Positions 62,778 through 64,000 of a DNA stretch of 64,000 nucleotides are shown here, piece after piece. A program made the translations under genes and the position numbers. The stretch spans positions 207,131-271,130 of the forward strand of contig JAWQFM010000011.1 in assembly GCA_033442325.1 (NCBI GenBank), written 5' to 3'. The stretch is from Salpingoeca rosetta. Its lineage: Eukaryota > Protista > Choanoflagellata. The notes below the pieces were generated by a model, which saw nothing but the letters and a program-made list of their open reading frames with translations, made no database searches and had not been told where the DNA came from. The stretch's first letter is position 1. Each line of letters starts with the position of its first letter.

Positions 62778-63869
62778 TCAAGAGCGGAGGAGTGCCTCTT
62801 GCAGCATGGAGGCAATGTGATCATACCCCCTCTCCTCTGCAACTTGAAGGGGCGTTGCTCCCTGGTAAAAAGACGGTCATGAAACGCGTTGGTGTTATGG
62901 GGGGGGGGGGATGAAATCGCACATGCACCTGCTTTGCAAGCAAGTGTGTCGCGCAAGAGCAAAGTGCGTGCATCGCCCCATGCATCGTGTGTCATGCATG
63001 CTCGCCTGCTAAGGGGATGCAGCACAACAAAAGGTGATGCAGCCATCGTGCAAGCACAGGTTGCAAGTGCTGGTTGTGCAAGCAAGCGGATAAGCAAAAT
63101 CCCCGTCACTCACATCCGCTGCAGCAATGCTTGCGTCAGCGCCGTTGGAAAGCAGCAGCTCCACCATGGGTGCGGCGCCATTCATTGCTGCTACAAACAA
63201 CGGTGTGGCTTGTTGCTGTCCAGACACACACGCAGAGACACACGCACGCGCACGCACAGGTACGTACAAACACATGCATGCACGCTCAATCGTGAGGAAT
63301 GTTGTACATCAGGCTTTGACGCTCTGACAGACAGGCATAGCACGAGAAGTACATGCACGAAGCGTGCATGCATGCGCACTTGCACAAGAGTCAGCGACAC
63401 ACGCTTGCACCTACAGGGTAGGCGCTATCCATCGTGCGCCCACTCAGCAAGGCGTTAACGTTTGCGCCAAACGCAAGCAGCCAGTGAGCCACGCGTGGCA
63501 GGTGGTTCTCAGCAGCTTGATGCAGTGGTGTCAGCCCCTAGTTGCCGCCGAACCAAAACCAGTTGCATGCACAATTAGTTGCATGCACAGCCAGGTACAC
63601 GCAGAAATGTAAGCGAGCAACATCGTGTCAATGCGCATGAGACAATGGCAGTAGAGAAGGCATGTCCAGCAAGAACTTGCTCGAACATGAACACAGCACG
63701 CAGGCAGACACAGATGTTGGGACAGGGAAGGACAACAGCACAGGTGATGACGTACGCAACAACGCACATGCCCACCAAACAATTGACACACAAACGAGCA
63801 CAAGCAACAAACAGGAACCGCGTACGCAAGTACACCTGCGCACACACATGTGCGAAGCCAATACTAACA

Positions 63870-63903
<34 letters not shown>

Positions 63904-64000
63904 CAACACACACACACACACAACAAACAAACAAGCACACGCATCGACAGGCACGAAGACAGATGGGCTGTCTGCGCCATGCAATTGCAAGGCGTTTAAC
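62778..64000 (-). CDS. Ankyrin-repeat protein, 3' portion (5' end beyond the window)
   Basis: Exons encode GLTPLHQAAENHLPRVAHWLLAFGANVNA, ATPLFVAAMNGAAPMVELLLSNGADAS, GATPLQVAEERGYDHIASML...*. Confidence 0.85.

Overview
Intron-rich eukaryotic genomic DNA with GT-AG introns, dense (CA)n/(GT)n microsatellites and two 100-N assembly gaps. The gene content (histidine biosynthesis alongside animal-type signalling adaptors) and repeat style suggest a choanoflagellate such as Salpingoeca; this is inference. Most of the ORF track is microsatellite noise, so I rebuilt gene models by hand from splice sites and reading frames. About 15 protein-coding genes are supported: PDE4-like phosphodiesterase (+), GlcNAc-6-P deacetylase (-), an orphan membrane ORF (+), a SAM-RA-PH adaptor (+), S28 peptidase (+), histidinol-phosphate aminotransferase (-), ABCC4-like transporter (-), BCDIN3D methyltransferase (-), a 7-TM protein fused to an R-SNARE motif (+), class-3 lipase (-), TOM7 (-), a UBA-UBX-SHP-BC-box-LRR protein (+), a BTB-Kelch protein with a winged-helix-like tail (-), APC10 (+) and the 3' part of an ankyrin gene (-). 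The most striking item is the gene at 36702-41657. It encodes seven predicted TM helices followed by a synaptobrevin-type R-SNARE coil with no C-terminal anchor, a proline-rich region and a small alpha/beta domain. No RNA genes, CRISPR arrays or mobile elements were recognised.
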